Source: Octopus vulgaris
Taxonomy: Eukaryota
Assembly: GCA_951406725.2 (NCBI GenBank)
Contig: OX597817.1
Location: 131,564,001 to 131,628,000 of the forward strand
Length of the DNA: 64,000 nt
Direction of reading: 5' to 3'
Position numbers and translations under genes: made by a program
Shown: piece by piece, positions 62,088-64,000 of the stretch
How the letters are laid out: each line of letters opens with the position of its first letter
Numbering within the stretch: position 1 is the stretch's first letter
Notes under the pieces: model-generated
The model's database searches: none
Told to the model about the DNA's origin: nothing
Seen by the model: only the letters and a program-made list of their open reading frames with translations

Positions 62088-63395
62088 TAGCGATTCCTTT
62101 ATATATTTCTTTCTTTTTTTGTACACCATACAGCCCAACGATCCCCATTGATCGAACCTTTTCTTTGTGTGTCCCACCGGTCCCACCTCGAAAAGAAAAA
62201 AACTCTACATTGTATTTCGTCTATTTTCTGTGTTTAGCCCTGTGTGGCCATAATAAAAAGATATCTAACTATCTGTCTGCCTGTCTGTCTGTCTATCTAT
62301 ATACATATAAATATAGACGGATATATAGATAGATAGATTTACACACACATGTATGTATGCATGCATGTACGTATGTATGTGTAAACGTGATATGTGCGTT
62401 TCTATGTAATAACTAATATAATGTGATTCTGTGAGATGCTATTTTTCATAAACACTGCATTGTATATCGATTTTATTTGACGGATGGATATACGTTGGAT
62501 AAAATGAGAACTCATATAAAACTCGAAAACTAAGTTAACGATGCATTAAGTCATTAATCCACTAATAATTAATTTCATTCTTGTTCAACAATCATAAAAC
62601 AGAGTTCTTAACGACCCACGTGGAGTTTTGCTGAATGTAAACAACATTGAACTCATGTGACAGAGTCTATAGTGACTGGCTTAGCGAATCTTGTGAAGAC
62701 ATTAAGCAATCAACAGTTAGCAAATCTCTCCATGCAAGCAAATTTAGGTATACGCTCACACACACTCACACACTCACATTCACGCACGCACACTCTCGCG
62801 CGCGCACTCCCGCGCGCACACACACATACTAACGTACGTACACGCAGGCACAGTCACACACACGCACGCACACACACGCACTAACACACGCGCACACACT
62901 CACACACCTACGCACACACATACTCGCGCGCGCGCGCACACACATACTCGCGCGCGCGCGCACACACACATTCACACACACACTCACATACACAGCTACA
63001 TACTTAGATCTTTTATCTGTTACTTGCTTCAGCCATTAGACAGCGGACCTGCTGCAGCATTGCCTTGATGAAATTTAGTCGAATGAATCAACACTAGTGA
63101 TTATGTTTTTGGAAGCCTGGTTCCTATTCTATCGGTCACAAAAAATTAATTTACGAAGATATTAATTTTGTTATTATCTTGTGCCGAAGATGCTAAGGCT
63201 AATTTTGTCAGTACAGAAACCGCTGCATGTGAGTCCAAATACTTCAATGTATGCTGGGAGATTACCTTAATCTGATTAACCTTCGGTTGATTTCTGTAGT
63301 TATCATAAGTGTATTTTAGAGATTTAAATAAGAGTTTTAACTGTTATTTCCAGCAGGTAGACATACTTAATATATCCTTTGATTAATTATATATA

Positions 63396-63927
63396 TGGTG
63401 GCTGCCCCCTCATTAACAAGTATGGCCATTGCATGTGGCTTAATCAATGTTGTTATCGTGCAATGCCTGAGCAAGAAGATTTTTTTAAAGTGAGGAAAGG
63501 CTGTGCACTGAGTCAATCCCACTCACTAAGCAACATCAGCTATAATCCGAAAAGAAGAACAAGTCAACATCATCGGCAACTACTGAGCCGCAGGTTATAT
63601 GTCGGAGTTATCCCAGTTACCTGAGTTACCTTCTCCTAGAAGGATACCCTAACAAAGGCTAGGAGTCCTTCACTCTTAATGGTTTAACCGCACGATCGGG
63701 TATTCAGTCCAATTATTTCTATGTCCCCGCGCATGATACAGCCTTAAGACATTTATTGGAATGCCGTTGACTCTCAAGAGTTCCTCCGCCCTTTGACGGG
63801 TTTTGTTTTTCATCCCGCAGAGTGTCCAATAAACACCCTCCTCACCAAGCAAGCTTGGTGGGGTTGCCGACGACCCGACCATGCAACAGGTTACATGTTA
63901 CGAGTAGCACTCGAAAGTGCCCTGACA
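63396..63927 (-). mobile_element. Second copy of the 12018-12572 element
   Basis: Same termini, small indels, TA-rich flanks. Confidence 0.9.
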
Positions 63928-63983
<56 letters not shown>

Positions 63984-64000
63984 TATGTATATATATGTAT

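Overview
Eukaryotic, repeat-saturated non-coding DNA. The SINE and microsatellite content suggests a cephalopod, probably Octopus (inference, not proven). No host protein-coding gene could be supported, and nearly all ORFs in the supplied track are translations of (TA)n/(CA)n/(TATC)n/(TTA)n microsatellites. The real coding remnants are all transposon pseudogenes: an internally deleted mariner (9955-11072), a DD37D/maT-type Tc1/mariner split by nested insertions (34937-40313), R4/Dong-type RLE retrotransposons sitting in (TAA)n, an L1/Tx1-type LINE sitting in (TATC)n (57556-62262), and CR1-like, RTE-like and HERO/NeSL-like fragments. At least three tRNA-derived SINE families and several MITEs are present. 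The most notable signal is about ten type I hammerhead-ribozyme-like motifs, intact or decayed, of the kind known from Penelope-like elements. Two of them lie inside (TA)n-anchored foldback elements of about 600 bp. Two SINE families share their 3' tails with LINEs present in the same window. All alignments and folds were done by eye, so boundaries are approximate.
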